From Anaerolineaceae bacterium (GTDB lineage Bacteria > Chloroflexota > Anaerolineae > Anaerolineales > UBA11657): 64,000 bases of DNA. Shown here one piece after another: positions 20,077 through 30,193 of this stretch (its first letter is position 1; each line of letters begins with the position of its first letter). A program made the translations under genes and the position numbers. Location of the stretch: the NCBI GenBank assembly GCA_003569365.1, contig BGOS01000017.1, positions 838 through 64,837 on the forward strand. Reading direction: 5' to 3'. Below the pieces are notes generated by a model that worked only from the letters and a program-made list of their open reading frames with translations, was not told the DNA's origin and did not search any database.

Positions 20077-20886
20077 TCACCCGGCCGGCTTGTCCATCCA
20101 TAACGAAAAGGTGTGTGGCAGGCGGTCTTGCAGCTCAGGCGGCATATTCGGAAAGATATCCCAGTAGCGGTCGGGGTGTTCCTCCAACCGCAACAGCCGC
20201 AAGCCGGCTGCCAGCAGCGCGTTTACAATGTCGCCGAGCGTCCACTGTCGCTCCCACTTTGCCTCCGGCTGTTTGGCCTGCTTTTCGACCGGAATGTAGC
20301 CAACAGCCCAGCCCAAACTCGAAACCGGTTCACGCTGAAAATAACTAACCGTGTCCGCCTCGAAGCGGTAGTGTGTGCTCGCTCCATCCCACAACCAGTC
20401 TAGCGGGTGCCCGTCGAATACATACAGCTTGCCGCCGGGTTTCAGCAGGCGCGCAATCACCTGCGCCCACGCATTCAAATCCATCAGCCAGCATAGCGCG
20501 CCGCGACCGGTGTACACAAGGTCCGCGGTGGCATCAAGGTCATGCGATGTGTTCAGAACGTCACTGCAATACCATTGCGCCGGTACGCCGAGAGCCTGCG
20601 CCTTGGCTGCGGCGCAGGCGAGCATGCGGGCGTTGATGTCCACGCCCACAACAGTCTGCGCGCCCAAATTCCACAACGACAGTGTGTCGCGGCCGCCGGC
20701 ACACTGCAGGTGAATGGCGCGCCCACACCACTGCGCGAGATCGCCAAGGTACGCCAGCTCAGGAGCACAAAAGTTTTTGCCGCCCGCCCGCAGGAATTCA
20801 ATGTCTGCTTGAGTCTCCGTCTCGTAATGCGCTGCCGCTTCGTCCCAGGCACGCGCGTTACTCGCATGCATTTCATGAGTATTCAT
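20077..20886 (-). CDS. Class I SAM-dependent methyltransferase
   Basis: 269 aa with a motif I-like LQCAGGRDTLSL, then VVGVDIN, and motif post-II region KPGGKLYVFDGHP. Confidence 0.75.
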   Translation of the reverse strand: MNTHEMHASNARAWDEAAAHYETETQADIEFLRAGGKNFCAPELAYLGDLAQWCGRAIHLQCAGGRDTLSLWNLGAQTVVGVDINARMLACAAAKAQALGVPAQWYCSDVLNTSHDLDATADLVYTGRGALCWLMDLNAWAQVIARLLKPGGKLYVFDGHPLDWLWDGASTHYRFEADTVSYFQREPVSSLGWAVGYIPVEKQAKQPEAKWERQWTLGDIVNALLAAGLRLLRLEEHPDRYWDIFPNMPPELQDRLPHTFSLWMDKPAG

Positions 20887-20989
20887 TGCCTATCCCTTGC
20901 CATTCTCACTTCGTCGTTCAGTCGCACAACCACACTAAATAAAACTGATCGACCACCAACTTAAGTTAGCCCGCGCACCCATGAGGCGC

Positions 20990-21766
20990 CTACGCTGCCA
21001 TTAAGGCGGTTGGCTGGTGCCGGTCGGAGACACTCACCACCAGTTTTGCCAGATCGCTGCGCGATGCCAGCTGTGCCTTCATGGTGCGCAGCGCGACTGC
21101 GCGGGAATTGTTGCTCTCGCTCAAATGGCTCAGCACCAAATGCTTCAGCTGCGGCGTGCCGTGTTCCTCCACCAGGCGGGCGGCAGCCAGGTTGGACAAA
21201 TGTCCGCGGTCAGATAAGATGCGCCCCTTGAGATATTCTGGATAGGGTCCCTGCTCCAGCATGGCAATATCGTGATTAGACTCAAGGTACACAATGCTCG
21301 CATCGCGCAGATGACTTACAACACTCGCAGTCACCGACCCGATATCGGTCATCACGCTCACTTTGCTGCCATTGGCAGTAATTGCGTAGCTGACGGGATC
21401 GCAGGCATCATGGTTCTTTGAGAACGGCAGAATTCGCACACCACCAAATTCAAATTCAGTGTCCTTCTCGATATGGCGCACCAGTGTCTCGTCCGTGCAT
21501 ATGTCACGGCAGCCCGCGTGGCATTTTGGGGTCAGAAAAACCGGCAGGGAAAATTTTCTGGCGAGTGCATCAACTCCCCGCACATGGTCAATGTGTTCAT
21601 GGGTGATAAAAATTCCACTGAGTGCTGCGGCCCGCCGGCCGATCAACTCCAGCCTTTGAATAATCTGGCGGCTGCTAATGCCGGCATCCACCAAAAAGCA
21701 GGTCTGGTCATGTTCAATATAAAAACAGTTTCCGGAACTGCCGGACGCAAGCGCACAAGTTTTCAT
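20990..21766 (-). CDS. MBL-fold metallo-hydrolase (YycJ-like)
   Basis: 258 aa with GSSGNCFYIE, FLVDAG and the HxHxDH motif (THEHIDHVRG). Confidence 0.85.
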   Translation of the reverse strand: MKTCALASGSSGNCFYIEHDQTCFLVDAGISSRQIIQRLELIGRRAAALSGIFITHEHIDHVRGVDALARKFSLPVFLTPKCHAGCRDICTDETLVRHIEKDTEFEFGGVRILPFSKNHDACDPVSYAITANGSKVSVMTDIGSVTASVVSHLRDASIVYLESNHDIAMLEQGPYPEYLKGRILSDRGHLSNLAAARLVEEHGTPQLKHLVLSHLSESNNSRAVALRTMKAQLASRSDLAKLVVSVSDRHQPTALMAA

Positions 21767-21937
21767 TCAGTACAGCGCTATTGTAATGTGGGTCTACGCA
21801 ACTGCCGCTGCGCGCAGCCATTTGGAATCGCAGAAATCACGGTGCACCAACTCGCCGGGTACCAAGACTTTAGGCGGTGCGCGGCCCGTGGAATTACCTT
21901 CGACAACTGCGCCTGAATACAAGCGCTTGATTACATT

Positions 21938-22813
21938 TCAACCGGAGCCCTCACCAGTAACTATGTATTGCTGGCCAGCTTCCATCGCAATCGCAAGCTT
22001 GTTTCCCGCAGGCGGCAGCGGGCAGGTGGCGAAGTGGGTGTAGGCACATGGCGGTGAAACGGCCCGGTTGAAGTCCATAACCACGATACCGTCCTCCCGC
22101 GCAGACGCTTCAAGAAATCTACCGCCAGGATAGGTTGTACGCCCGCTTGTGCCGTCTTGAAAATTGAAGAACAGTCCCGCACCGGAGGCAGCTGGTTCGG
22201 CCACGAGCTGGTGCTCACGGCCGCCGATGGTAAATTGCGCATACCCCGGACTCAGCACAGTATGAACATCGCCGATGACATTTGTAATTTGCACCGGCTG
22301 CGGCGCGGCATGCGCGATAAATGATGCAGGGATGCATTTAGCAGCATCAGGCGGATACCATCGCAGCCCGCTAAAGTTCACATATGCCGGATTACGCAGG
22401 TCAAACATGCGAATACCGAGGCGTTCGCTCCGGCGGATTACCACCAAGCGCACGCCATTGATTGAAACTACATCCGGCACGCCTTCAGCATCTGAGGCCA
22501 GCACCTGTTGCGTGGCGGGCATGCCATTCACCAGCACCGCTGCGCCCGGCGCAGCGCGCAGCAGCACCTGCGAGCCATCCAACACGAAACTGCCCGCATC
22601 TTTCAGTGCGGTGTGCTGCGGCAGCTCAATTTCGCAGTGAGCTCCAGCGCCAAATCGATTGGCGCCCGCCCGCAGCCAAAACAACCCGCTCACGCACAAC
22701 CAGCTGTCTGCCGCGCGCAGCCGGTCCTCCACCGCTTGGCGCCATTGCAGCAGATCGTCAAGCATTGCCGTTTGTTTGGGCATTATCAAAAGTTTGTTCA
22801 CAGGGGATCTCAC
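21938..22813 (-). CDS. DUF1684 domain protein
   Basis: 291 aa. The C-terminal PPCAYTHFATCPLPPAGNKLAIAMEAG is the characteristic DUF1684 motif. The start codon is uncertain (alternatives MPKQ and MLDD). Confidence 0.7.
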   Translation of the reverse strand: MRSPVNKLLIMPKQTAMLDDLLQWRQAVEDRLRAADSWLCVSGLFWLRAGANRFGAGAHCEIELPQHTALKDAGSFVLDGSQVLLRAAPGAAVLVNGMPATQQVLASDAEGVPDVVSINGVRLVVIRRSERLGIRMFDLRNPAYVNFSGLRWYPPDAAKCIPASFIAHAAPQPVQITNVIGDVHTVLSPGYAQFTIGGREHQLVAEPAASGAGLFFNFQDGTSGRTTYPGGRFLEASAREDGIVVMDFNRAVSPPCAYTHFATCPLPPAGNKLAIAMEAGQQYIVTGEGSG

Positions 22814-22978
22814 TACGCTTTTTGTAAACGCAACGATACTAAGTCCGTGTTCAAAAAACTACATGCCCTTAAACTTGCAGATGCCGAATATCATGTGGCT
22901 TTCAATCAGAACTTTGCAATCCGAAGCATCCCTGAGATTCTTCCAGTCAAGCCGCGGGCGAGCCAACCGCCACGCCGC

Positions 22979-24193
22979 TTACCGCATGGCCAACAGCAGT
23001 TTCTGCAATCGCAGGCCTAAAATATCGGCTTCGACTTCAGTAAGCCCTTGTGGATTGATAACAATAATATTTAGATCCGCATATGATTCGCCAACCGCAA
23101 TCGGCGGATCGCCTTCCAGTAGCATATTTACTAACTGATAACCACTGCATCCAAGCAAATTCTGGTCTAGGTGCACACTTAGGGTCGGGATGGGTTTCGA
23201 GGTAGATTGGGAACGTTCGATTCGCACGCCTGAGATCCCGTCAATCATGGGCTGAATGATGTCCAACACCGAACACCAGTAAACAGAATCAGAAATGTCG
23301 TTCCCAGACACATAACGGCGTAGTGCAGTAATAAGCCCAGCGACCTCTTCGCGACCAACCTTCATTGCCCTGCCAAATCCCTGATGTGGGATGCCATCCA
23401 GTTTTCCCTCCGCGAGAAGCGCGCGCTTGTTCCATGTTGCGGCAGTTACGTCCATGTCTTGATGTTGCAGCGCGACTGAAGCGATCAGATCAGCGCGCCC
23501 CGCCAGAATTCCACTCGCTTGCGGGCCTCCGATTGACTTTCCACCAGAAAACACGACAAGATCAGCGCCTTCTGCGATGAACCGGCGAAGATTTGACCGC
23601 GGCGGAAGTTGGGCAGCCGCATCAACAATGACAGGAATTCTTTTGGCATGCGCAATCACGCACACCTCTGGAAGGCTTACTGTGCCTGTTGTAGAAAGAA
23701 TGGGGCACGCAATAGCGGCCGTGTGAGCATTTATTGCTTCCGCAATTTGCCATGGTTGGGTCGACCCAGCTCCCGGATGCCCAAGATATCCCACCTCAAC
23801 CATGCGCACTCCAACTGCGCGAATCGCGTGATCGTAGCTATTTCTATGTCCACGCTGAACGACCACCTCATTTTTCATACCGGCGGTGTCTGGCAATCGA
23901 TCCATTTTGCCGACGTCAAGTCCTGCCACACACGCGGCGGTTGCCAGACTAAGACCCGCGGCAGCACCATTCACAATGTATCCAGCCTCTGCGCCAGTTA
24001 TCTGTGCAATGACCTTGCCTGCTTCTGCCTGCAACTCATCTATGTGCACGAAAGAAGCGCTGGCCTCGGCCATTGCATTAAGCACCTCCGCATCCAGGCG
24101 ACTACCACCGAGGCGCGTCAGGGGACCCGCCGCATTAATTATTGGCTTGACCCCAATAGACTTGTAAAACTCCATTACCTCTTTTGTGTGCAT
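22979..24193 (-). CDS. SelA-like PLP-dependent enzyme (DgaE/D-glucosaminate-6-phosphate ammonia-lyase-like)
   Basis: 404 aa. The N-terminus INAAGPLTRLGGSRL...GAEAGYIVNGAAAGL and the PLP-lysine context VFSGGKSIGGPQASGIL match the family. It lacks the N-terminal domain of true SelA and sits in a sugar-acid operon. Confidence 0.65.
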   Translation of the reverse strand: MHTKEVMEFYKSIGVKPIINAAGPLTRLGGSRLDAEVLNAMAEASASFVHIDELQAEAGKVIAQITGAEAGYIVNGAAAGLSLATAACVAGLDVGKMDRLPDTAGMKNEVVVQRGHRNSYDHAIRAVGVRMVEVGYLGHPGAGSTQPWQIAEAINAHTAAIACPILSTTGTVSLPEVCVIAHAKRIPVIVDAAAQLPPRSNLRRFIAEGADLVVFSGGKSIGGPQASGILAGRADLIASVALQHQDMDVTAATWNKRALLAEGKLDGIPHQGFGRAMKVGREEVAGLITALRRYVSGNDISDSVYWCSVLDIIQPMIDGISGVRIERSQSTSKPIPTLSVHLDQNLLGCSGYQLVNMLLEGDPPIAVGESYADLNIIVINPQGLTEVEADILGLRLQKLLLAMR

Positions 24194-24271
24194 AATTTGT
24201 GTTACTGCTGGCGCAATGCAGCGTCATAAGAAATGCAGACACCAACGCAGGTGTCTTTGGCTCTTAAGCTG

Positions 24272-25054
24272 CTAGCCAGGGGTAATCCGAAAGTCCTTGC
24301 CCTCAGGAAGCGTCTGTCCACCATCAACAATAATTGTGGTGCCGGTGATATAAGCGGCCTCATCTGACGCGAGAAACAGAACAGCGTTGGCTACCTCCCG
24401 CGGTGTGCCAAGACGGCCAAGGGGGATCGATTCCTGCATGGATTGAATATATGCGGGGCCGCGTTCGGTCTTGATTGCCTCAGTTAAGATGTTCCCCGGT
24501 TCCACTCCATTCACGGTGACTCCGTACCCCGAGAATTCAAGAGCCGCCGCCTTGATAAAACCATTAATTCCCGCTTTGGATGCAGAGTAGTGTCCATGCC
24601 CAGGGCTCGTCACGCGCGGACCCGTGATAGAGGATGTAAAAACCATTCGCCCATAATTCTTTTTCTTCATCACCGCAATGGCGGCGCGCGCAGCAAGATA
24701 AGTTCCCTTTAGGTTCACCCCCATTACCTTGTCCCATTCCTCAGGTTCAATATTCTCGATCAGGGTCCACGGATATATGCCAGCATTCTGCACGAGAATA
24801 TCCAGCCCACCATAGCGGTTTACCGCATCAGTCACAGCCCGTTCGGCGTCGCTTTTCCGGGAAATATCACATGCCACAAAGCAGCACCTGTCAGGCGCTC
24901 CAAGGCGCACTGCAGTGGCTGTACCCACTGATGCTTCCGTGTCTGCAATCAGGACCCGTGCACCCTGCTCAATAAATGATTCGGCTATTGCCTCGCCAAT
25001 GCCCCGGGCTGCTCCAACCACCAGCGCCACACGGTTTGTGAATCGGCCACTCAC
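24272..25054 (-). CDS. SDR oxidoreductase (FabG-like)
   Basis: 260 aa with ALVVGAARGIGEA and YSASKAG. It overlaps the upstream permease gene by 4 nt. Confidence 0.9.
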   Translation of the reverse strand: MSGRFTNRVALVVGAARGIGEAIAESFIEQGARVLIADTEASVGTATAVRLGAPDRCCFVACDISRKSDAERAVTDAVNRYGGLDILVQNAGIYPWTLIENIEPEEWDKVMGVNLKGTYLAARAAIAVMKKKNYGRMVFTSSITGPRVTSPGHGHYSASKAGINGFIKAAALEFSGYGVTVNGVEPGNILTEAIKTERGPAYIQSMQESIPLGRLGTPREVANAVLFLASDEAAYITGTTIIVDGGQTLPEGKDFRITPG

Positions 25055-26043
25055 GCGAGTCGCCTTCGTACCGAAATCTTCAACGCATCAAGAAGCATGG
25101 CTGCAAGCACGAGAAGCCCGAGAATAACTTGCGTGTAGTGCGCAGGTAAGCCCATTAAATTAATGGCAGTCTGAATTGATGATAGCAACAGAACGCCCGC
25201 GTAAACACCGGGCAGCCGCCCAACACCACCCTTTAAACTCACTCCACCAATCACAACAGCAGCAAAAGCCTGAAACAACATTCCTGTTCCAAGATTAGCA
25301 GTGGCTCCCGATGTGCGAATCGCAAGCATCCAACCCGCAAGTCCGGAGACAATTCCAGCAATTACGAAGGTAGTAACTGTAATGCGCCCAACATTAATAC
25401 CCGCACGATAGGTGGCAACCGGATTGCCCCCAATCATAGTTACATGCCGCCCAAACGGTGTCTTTGACATAACAAAGGAAAACACCACAAAACAGGTGAT
25501 TGCAATCCATGCAATGAGAGGAATCGCAAGAAAAGTCTCAATTCCAATAAAACGCAGCGGTGGAGGAAGATCCTGCGCCGATCGGCCCCCGGAAACAGCC
25601 ACCACGAGTCCACGCACCCAAATATACGAGGCCAGCGTAACAATAAAAGCATTCATCTGCATAACTACAACAAGAAAGCCATTGAAAGCACCAATGACAC
25701 CACCAACTGTAAGCGCAATCAATAGTGATACCGGAAGTACCAGCCATTCCGGCGTAAATGCAATGCCAAGCCCTACACCATGTGATGCAAACAAAATCCC
25801 CGTAATCATTGCCGCTAAGGCGGCGACCGATTCCACAGATAGGTCCATATTTCCGGCAATTATTATGATGGCAAGCCCGATCGCCATTACACCAACAAAA
25901 GTCGAGTGCTCAACAATATTCGCAAAAATTTCGATCTGAAAAAATCGGGGTACTGTAGCTGAAAATATACATAACATTGTGGCCAACAAAAACCAGACAA
26001 GATGCTCTAGAAACAATTCGAAGAAGACGCGTGGAGTGAACAC
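25051..26043 (-). CDS. Sugar ABC transporter permease (RbsC/CUT2-type)
   Basis: 330-aa polytopic membrane protein with the typical CUT2 permease pattern (GNMDLSVESV..., TPFGRHVTMIGGNPVATYRAGINV). Confidence 0.85.
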   Translation of the reverse strand: MFTPRVFFELFLEHLVWFLLATMLCIFSATVPRFFQIEIFANIVEHSTFVGVMAIGLAIIIIAGNMDLSVESVAALAAMITGILFASHGVGLGIAFTPEWLVLPVSLLIALTVGGVIGAFNGFLVVVMQMNAFIVTLASYIWVRGLVVAVSGGRSAQDLPPPLRFIGIETFLAIPLIAWIAITCFVVFSFVMSKTPFGRHVTMIGGNPVATYRAGINVGRITVTTFVIAGIVSGLAGWMLAIRTSGATANLGTGMLFQAFAAVVIGGVSLKGGVGRLPGVYAGVLLLSSIQTAINLMGLPAHYTQVILGLLVLAAMLLDALKISVRRRLA

Positions 26044-26075
26044 TGAGGCCGGCCGATCTGAATACTGGCGCAGAA

Positions 26076-26112
26076 CGCTACCCTGGACGCGAGATCAGCG
26101 TCCAGGGTAGCG
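26076..26112 (-). terminator. Perfect 15-bp stem-loop between the SBP and permease genes
   Basis: CGCTACCCTGGACGC (26076-26090), loop GAGATCA, then GCGTCCAGGGTAGCG (26098-26112). It lies between the SBP stop (26123) and the permease start (26043). There is no clear U tract. Confidence 0.5.
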
Positions 26113-26122
26113 CTGGGGCGAT

Positions 26123-27187
26123 CTATTTAACAGATTGAATCGCGTCAGTGGGAGCTTTGAGGTTGCCCCAGAACCGCGCTTCGTTGATATTGTCTTTAGT
26201 AATTGCCGCACCCGGAATTTTTATATTGGGACCCCAAGACTCTAGAGTAACTGTTGATTCTAGCCCGAGCACCTGATACTTACCGGCCTTGATTTCCTTT
26301 TTGTTTACGACAAGATCAGCAAACATCGCAAGTGCAGCAGCTTGGGCATATAGTGGCTGCTCAACTTCAACTTGCTCCCATCCCTTTCGGATAAGGTCCA
26401 GTCCGACGGGCGCGCCGTTTGAAGAAACAAGCATTACCTCGCCAGGCTTCTTACCTTTGGCCTCAAGTGAGGCCACCGCTGCAACCGCCAGATGGGCTGC
26501 ATGAACAAAAATTAGATCAATATCTGGATTTGCAACCATCTGATCCGCTACTATTGTTCCCGCATTTGATGCCTCCCATAACATTGCCGGCAGCGAAATA
26601 ATCTCAACCCCCGCAAAGGCCTTCATTTTTTCTTCAAAGCCAGCCTGAATGTCAAGTGTATATGGGTCAGCAGGATCACCCAATACCTGGAGAACTTTGC
26701 CCTTAACGTCTCCGTTCTTTTCCTTCAGCAACCGCTGGATCTCACCCGCAGCTACATATCCAATGTCCACAGTACCCGCAACCGAAGTGAAATCTGACTT
26801 AGTGGCCGTAATTTGGCGGTCAAAAATCATTACCGGAATTCCAGCAGCGCGCGCCTTCTCAATGCTGGGCTTGAGCGCATTAAAATCCACCGCAGCCAAA
26901 ATAATTGCTGCTGGTTTCAAGTTCATAACGTCATTCATTTGACTTTGCTGTACGTCTGTTTTGTTATCGGCGTTCAGGGTGACGGTTTCATAACCAACAT
27001 CTTTCATAAATTTTTCGATCGCCTTAACCGATTCTGTCTGAAACTCATCCAGCAGCGTAGGTACGAGATAATACATCTTGCGTTTCTCGGCCGTTCCAGC
27101 ACCAGAAGCACAGGCAGCGACCACCGCGCCTACTCCGAGTAGGCCCACGCTCTCTAATAACCGCCGACGACTCATTGTGGATTTCAT
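26123..27187 (-). CDS. Sugar ABC substrate-binding protein (RbsB-like periplasmic binding fold)
   Basis: 354 aa with a twin-Arg/lipoprotein-type signal ([23 protein letters not shown]) and a type I PBP pattern. AGGAGA SD lies upstream. Confidence 0.85.
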   Translation of the reverse strand: MKSTMSRRRLLESVGLLGVGAVVAACASGAGTAEKRKMYYLVPTLLDEFQTESVKAIEKFMKDVGYETVTLNADNKTDVQQSQMNDVMNLKPAAIILAAVDFNALKPSIEKARAAGIPVMIFDRQITATKSDFTSVAGTVDIGYVAAGEIQRLLKEKNGDVKGKVLQVLGDPADPYTLDIQAGFEEKMKAFAGVEIISLPAMLWEASNAGTIVADQMVANPDIDLIFVHAAHLAVAAVASLEAKGKKPGEVMLVSSNGAPVGLDLIRKGWEQVEVEQPLYAQAAALAMFADLVVNKKEIKAGKYQVLGLESTVTLESWGPNIKIPGAAITKDNINEARFWGNLKAPTDAIQSVK

Positions 27188-27282
27188 AAACTAGTTTCTC
27201 CTGTAATCTAATAGATAGCTCTTCGCTTTCCGCTTCACACAACTCAACTACACTTACACAAGTGAGGTACCCCTAGCCTCTT

Positions 27283-28032
27283 TTATACTGCATCACCTGT
27301 AATCAGACGAACGACCTCATCAGGACTAGTGTCAGTGCACCTGACCATGCCGGCGATTTTACCCTGTCGCATCACCACCATACGGTCGGCCACTTGAAAC
27401 GCCTGAGACATAATGTGGGTGATCACGACAATTCCAATTCCTTGCGCCGCTATCCGTCTGATCATGGCAAGCCCACGGCGGGTCTGCTCAACCCCCAGCG
27501 CAGCAAACGGCTCGTCAAGTAAAACTAGCTTGCCGCCCCAATGAACAAAGCGGTTCAACTCAATGGCTTGCCGCTGTCCACCCGATAGATGCTCGACATT
27601 TGTCCTTAGCGATGGAATTGCCGTTCCAGCACTTTGCAATGCCTGTTCCACAACTGAATACATCTCACGCTCATTGAGAACCGGGATTCCACACACACGC
27701 TTTACAAGTTCGCGGCCCATAAAGAAATTCGCAACAACGTCAACGTTGGTGCAGAGAGAGAGATCTTGATAAACAGTTTCAATGCCGGTGCTTTTTGCCT
27801 CGGCGGGAGAATTAAAATTAACTTGCCTGCCCTCAAAAAATATTTGCCCGTGTGTTGCTGCCATACCCCCTGCAATGATCTTTACAAGCGTTGATTTTCC
27901 TGCGCCGTTGTCACCAAGTAAGGCCACTACCTCGCCACGAAAAATATCGAAGCTCACATCCTCCAAAGCACAGATCGCCCCAAAATTCTTGGAAATATTT
28001 TTTAAGCTCAAGAGTGGCGAATTATTATTCAT
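27283..28032 (-). CDS. ABC transporter ATP-binding protein (single NBD)
   Basis: The start is taken at MNNNSPLLSLKNI (28032). It has Walker A GDNGAGKST, signature LSGGQRQ and Walker B LVLLDEP. The longer ORF to 28221 would overlap the dehydratase gene. Confidence 0.88.
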   Translation of the reverse strand: MNNNSPLLSLKNISKNFGAICALEDVSFDIFRGEVVALLGDNGAGKSTLVKIIAGGMAATHGQIFFEGRQVNFNSPAEAKSTGIETVYQDLSLCTNVDVVANFFMGRELVKRVCGIPVLNEREMYSVVEQALQSAGTAIPSLRTNVEHLSGGQRQAIELNRFVHWGGKLVLLDEPFAALGVEQTRRGLAMIRRIAAQGIGIVVITHIMSQAFQVADRMVVMRQGKIAGMVRCTDTSPDEVVRLITGDAV

Positions 28033-28063
28033 TGCTCGAAGCCTACGCCTCCATCCGCCAGCA

Positions 28064-29887
28064 TTAGTGGTTATCCCGCGGCACTGAGGTCTGAGCGATG
28101 CACTGGTACTTGACTGCGGGCTTGAGTACCATGCCATCCGCCAGCTGATCCACAATACCGCGTTGAATTTCCTGCCACGGTGTCTGGTGCGGCGGAAATT
28201 TATAGCCGCCTGCCTTCTCAAGTTTCTTTCTCCGGATTTCCAGTTCCGCCTTGGAGATCAAAACATTTGCGGTGCCCTTATTCAGGTCGATGCGCACCCG
28301 GTCACCGGTCTTGAGCAGCGCCAAGCCGCCGTTCGCTGCGGCCTCTGGCGACGCATTGAGAATGGACGCTGAACCAGAAGTGCCGGACTGCCGGCCGTCG
28401 CCAATGCAAGGCAGTGAGGTAATGCCCGCTTTGATCAAATTGGCGGGCGGCTGCATATTTACCACTTCCGCCGAGCCCGGATAACCAATGGGACCCGTGC
28501 CACGCATGAGCAGAATTGTCTGGTCGTCGATTTTCAGCGCGGGGTCGTCGATTCGGGAATGATAGTCCTCCGGGCCGTCGAAGACAACTACTCGACCCTC
28601 GAATGCATTCCTGTCTTTGGGATTTGACAGGAACCGCGCGCGGAAGTCGTCTGATATCACACTGGTTTTCATAATTGCTGAATTGAAGAGATTGCCTTTG
28701 AGTACCTTGAAGCCAGCCTGCTTCTGCATTGGCTGGCCGTATGATTTGATCACATCAGGGTCGGTAATCTTGGCCCGCTTGACGTTCTCTCCCATCGTCT
28801 TGCCGTTGATGGTCAAGGCATTTGGATGGATTCGCCCGGCTTTGAGCAGCTCGTTCATCACCGCTGGCAATCCGCCCGCCCGAAAGTATTCTTCTCCAAG
28901 GTAGAAACCAGCGGGCTGCATATTTACTAGCAGCGGCACATCGTACCCAACGGTCTCCCAATCCTCGATGGTAAGGCTCACGCCGATGTGGCGGGCAATG
29001 GCATTGATGTGGATTGGCGCGTTGGTCGATCCGCCGATGGCGGAGTTAGCCACGATGGTATTTTCGAACGCCTCACGCGTAAGAATATCGGTCGGCCGCA
29101 AATCCTCGTGCACAATCTCAACCGCGCGCACACCAGTGGCATAGGCTATCTGCCCGCGCTCCCGATATGGCGCAGGGATTGCCGCGCACCCCGGCAGCGA
29201 CATGCCAAGCGCTTCGGCGAGCGCGTTCATAGTTGATGCGGTGCCCATCGTATTGCAGTGGCCAATTGAAGGCGCCGATGCGGTCGCCAAATTGATGAAC
29301 TGTTGGTTGTCGATCACACCGGCCGCCAGCTCCTCTCGCGCCTTCCAGATGGCAGTGCCGGATCCGGCGCGCATGCCCTTCCACCAGCCGTTAAGCATCG
29401 GCCCGCCCGAAAGCACAATGGCCGGAATATTCACCGTCGCTGCCGCCATCAGGAGCGCCGGCATTGTCTTGTCGCATCCGGTCAGCAGCACAACGCCGTC
29501 CAGCGGATATCCGTAAAGCACTTCGACAAGGCTGAGATAGGCAAGATTTCTGTCGAGCGCAGCGGTTGGGCGTTTGCCGGTCTCCTGAATTGGGTGGCAG
29601 GGAAACTCAAAGGCGATGCCGCCGGAATCGCGGATGCCGTCGCGGACCCGCTTGGCTAGTTCCAGATGATGGCGGTTGCAGGGCGCCAAGTCCGAGCCGG
29701 TTTGCGCGATGCCAATGATTGGCTTGCCGGAACGAAGTTCCCCTGTAGTGAGGCCGTAGTTCAAATAGCGCTCGAGGTAGAGCGCAGTCATACCGGGGTT
29801 TTCTGGATTGTCGAACCAGAGTTGGGAGCGCAGAGTTTTTTGGCGCGGAGCCAGCGTTTTCGGTTTTGCCTTGAGGTTTTTGGCCAT
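28064..29887 (-). CDS. IlvD/Edd-family sugar-acid dehydratase (arabinonate/xylonate/galactonate-dehydratase-like)
   Basis: 607 aa with [29 protein letters not shown] and other patterns typical of the IlvD/Edd family. AAGGAGA lies 7 nt upstream of the ATG. Confidence 0.85.
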   Translation of the reverse strand: MAKNLKAKPKTLAPRQKTLRSQLWFDNPENPGMTALYLERYLNYGLTTGELRSGKPIIGIAQTGSDLAPCNRHHLELAKRVRDGIRDSGGIAFEFPCHPIQETGKRPTAALDRNLAYLSLVEVLYGYPLDGVVLLTGCDKTMPALLMAAATVNIPAIVLSGGPMLNGWWKGMRAGSGTAIWKAREELAAGVIDNQQFINLATASAPSIGHCNTMGTASTMNALAEALGMSLPGCAAIPAPYRERGQIAYATGVRAVEIVHEDLRPTDILTREAFENTIVANSAIGGSTNAPIHINAIARHIGVSLTIEDWETVGYDVPLLVNMQPAGFYLGEEYFRAGGLPAVMNELLKAGRIHPNALTINGKTMGENVKRAKITDPDVIKSYGQPMQKQAGFKVLKGNLFNSAIMKTSVISDDFRARFLSNPKDRNAFEGRVVVFDGPEDYHSRIDDPALKIDDQTILLMRGTGPIGYPGSAEVVNMQPPANLIKAGITSLPCIGDGRQSGTSGSASILNASPEAAANGGLALLKTGDRVRIDLNKGTANVLISKAELEIRRKKLEKAGGYKFPPHQTPWQEIQRGIVDQLADGMVLKPAVKYQCIAQTSVPRDNH

Positions 29888-29980
29888 GATGAGTCTCCTT
29901 GCTTACATGATAGTTACCGGGGTCAATTGCGAGCCTCTAGTATATTCGAGCAGTAAGTGGCTCTGGCAAGCACTATGTGC

Positions 29981-29998
29981 CAAGCCAACATTGGCTTG
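29981..29998. promoter_or_regulatory. 18-bp perfect palindrome, a candidate operator upstream of the dehydratase operon
   Basis: CAAGCCAA-CA-TTGGCTTG, about 95 nt upstream of the dehydratase ATG, inside a 300-bp AT-richer intergenic region. Confidence 0.3.
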
Positions 29999-30193
29999 CC
30001 TCTGCTCCACACTCTGGATGTGGCTCAAGTAAATCTGTGGCTTAAGCAAATCTGTCGCGCACAAACGATATTGCATCGCGTGGCGCCGCAGATTCAAATC
30101 TTCAAGCATTGCGATTGCTTCTTGCAAGAGCAGGCTGCAAAGCTTGAACAGCATTTCAATGCGCTCGTAGCTGACCGCAGCGTGCGGCGGATG

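Noticed and set aside
22979-24193. The SelA-like gene as the selenocysteine synthase that would support the Sec radical SAM gene.
   Set aside because: It is too short (404 aa), lacks the SelA N-terminal domain, and is embedded in a sugar-acid ABC and dehydratase operon. It fits the DgaE-like clade, so it cannot be used as evidence for Sec machinery.
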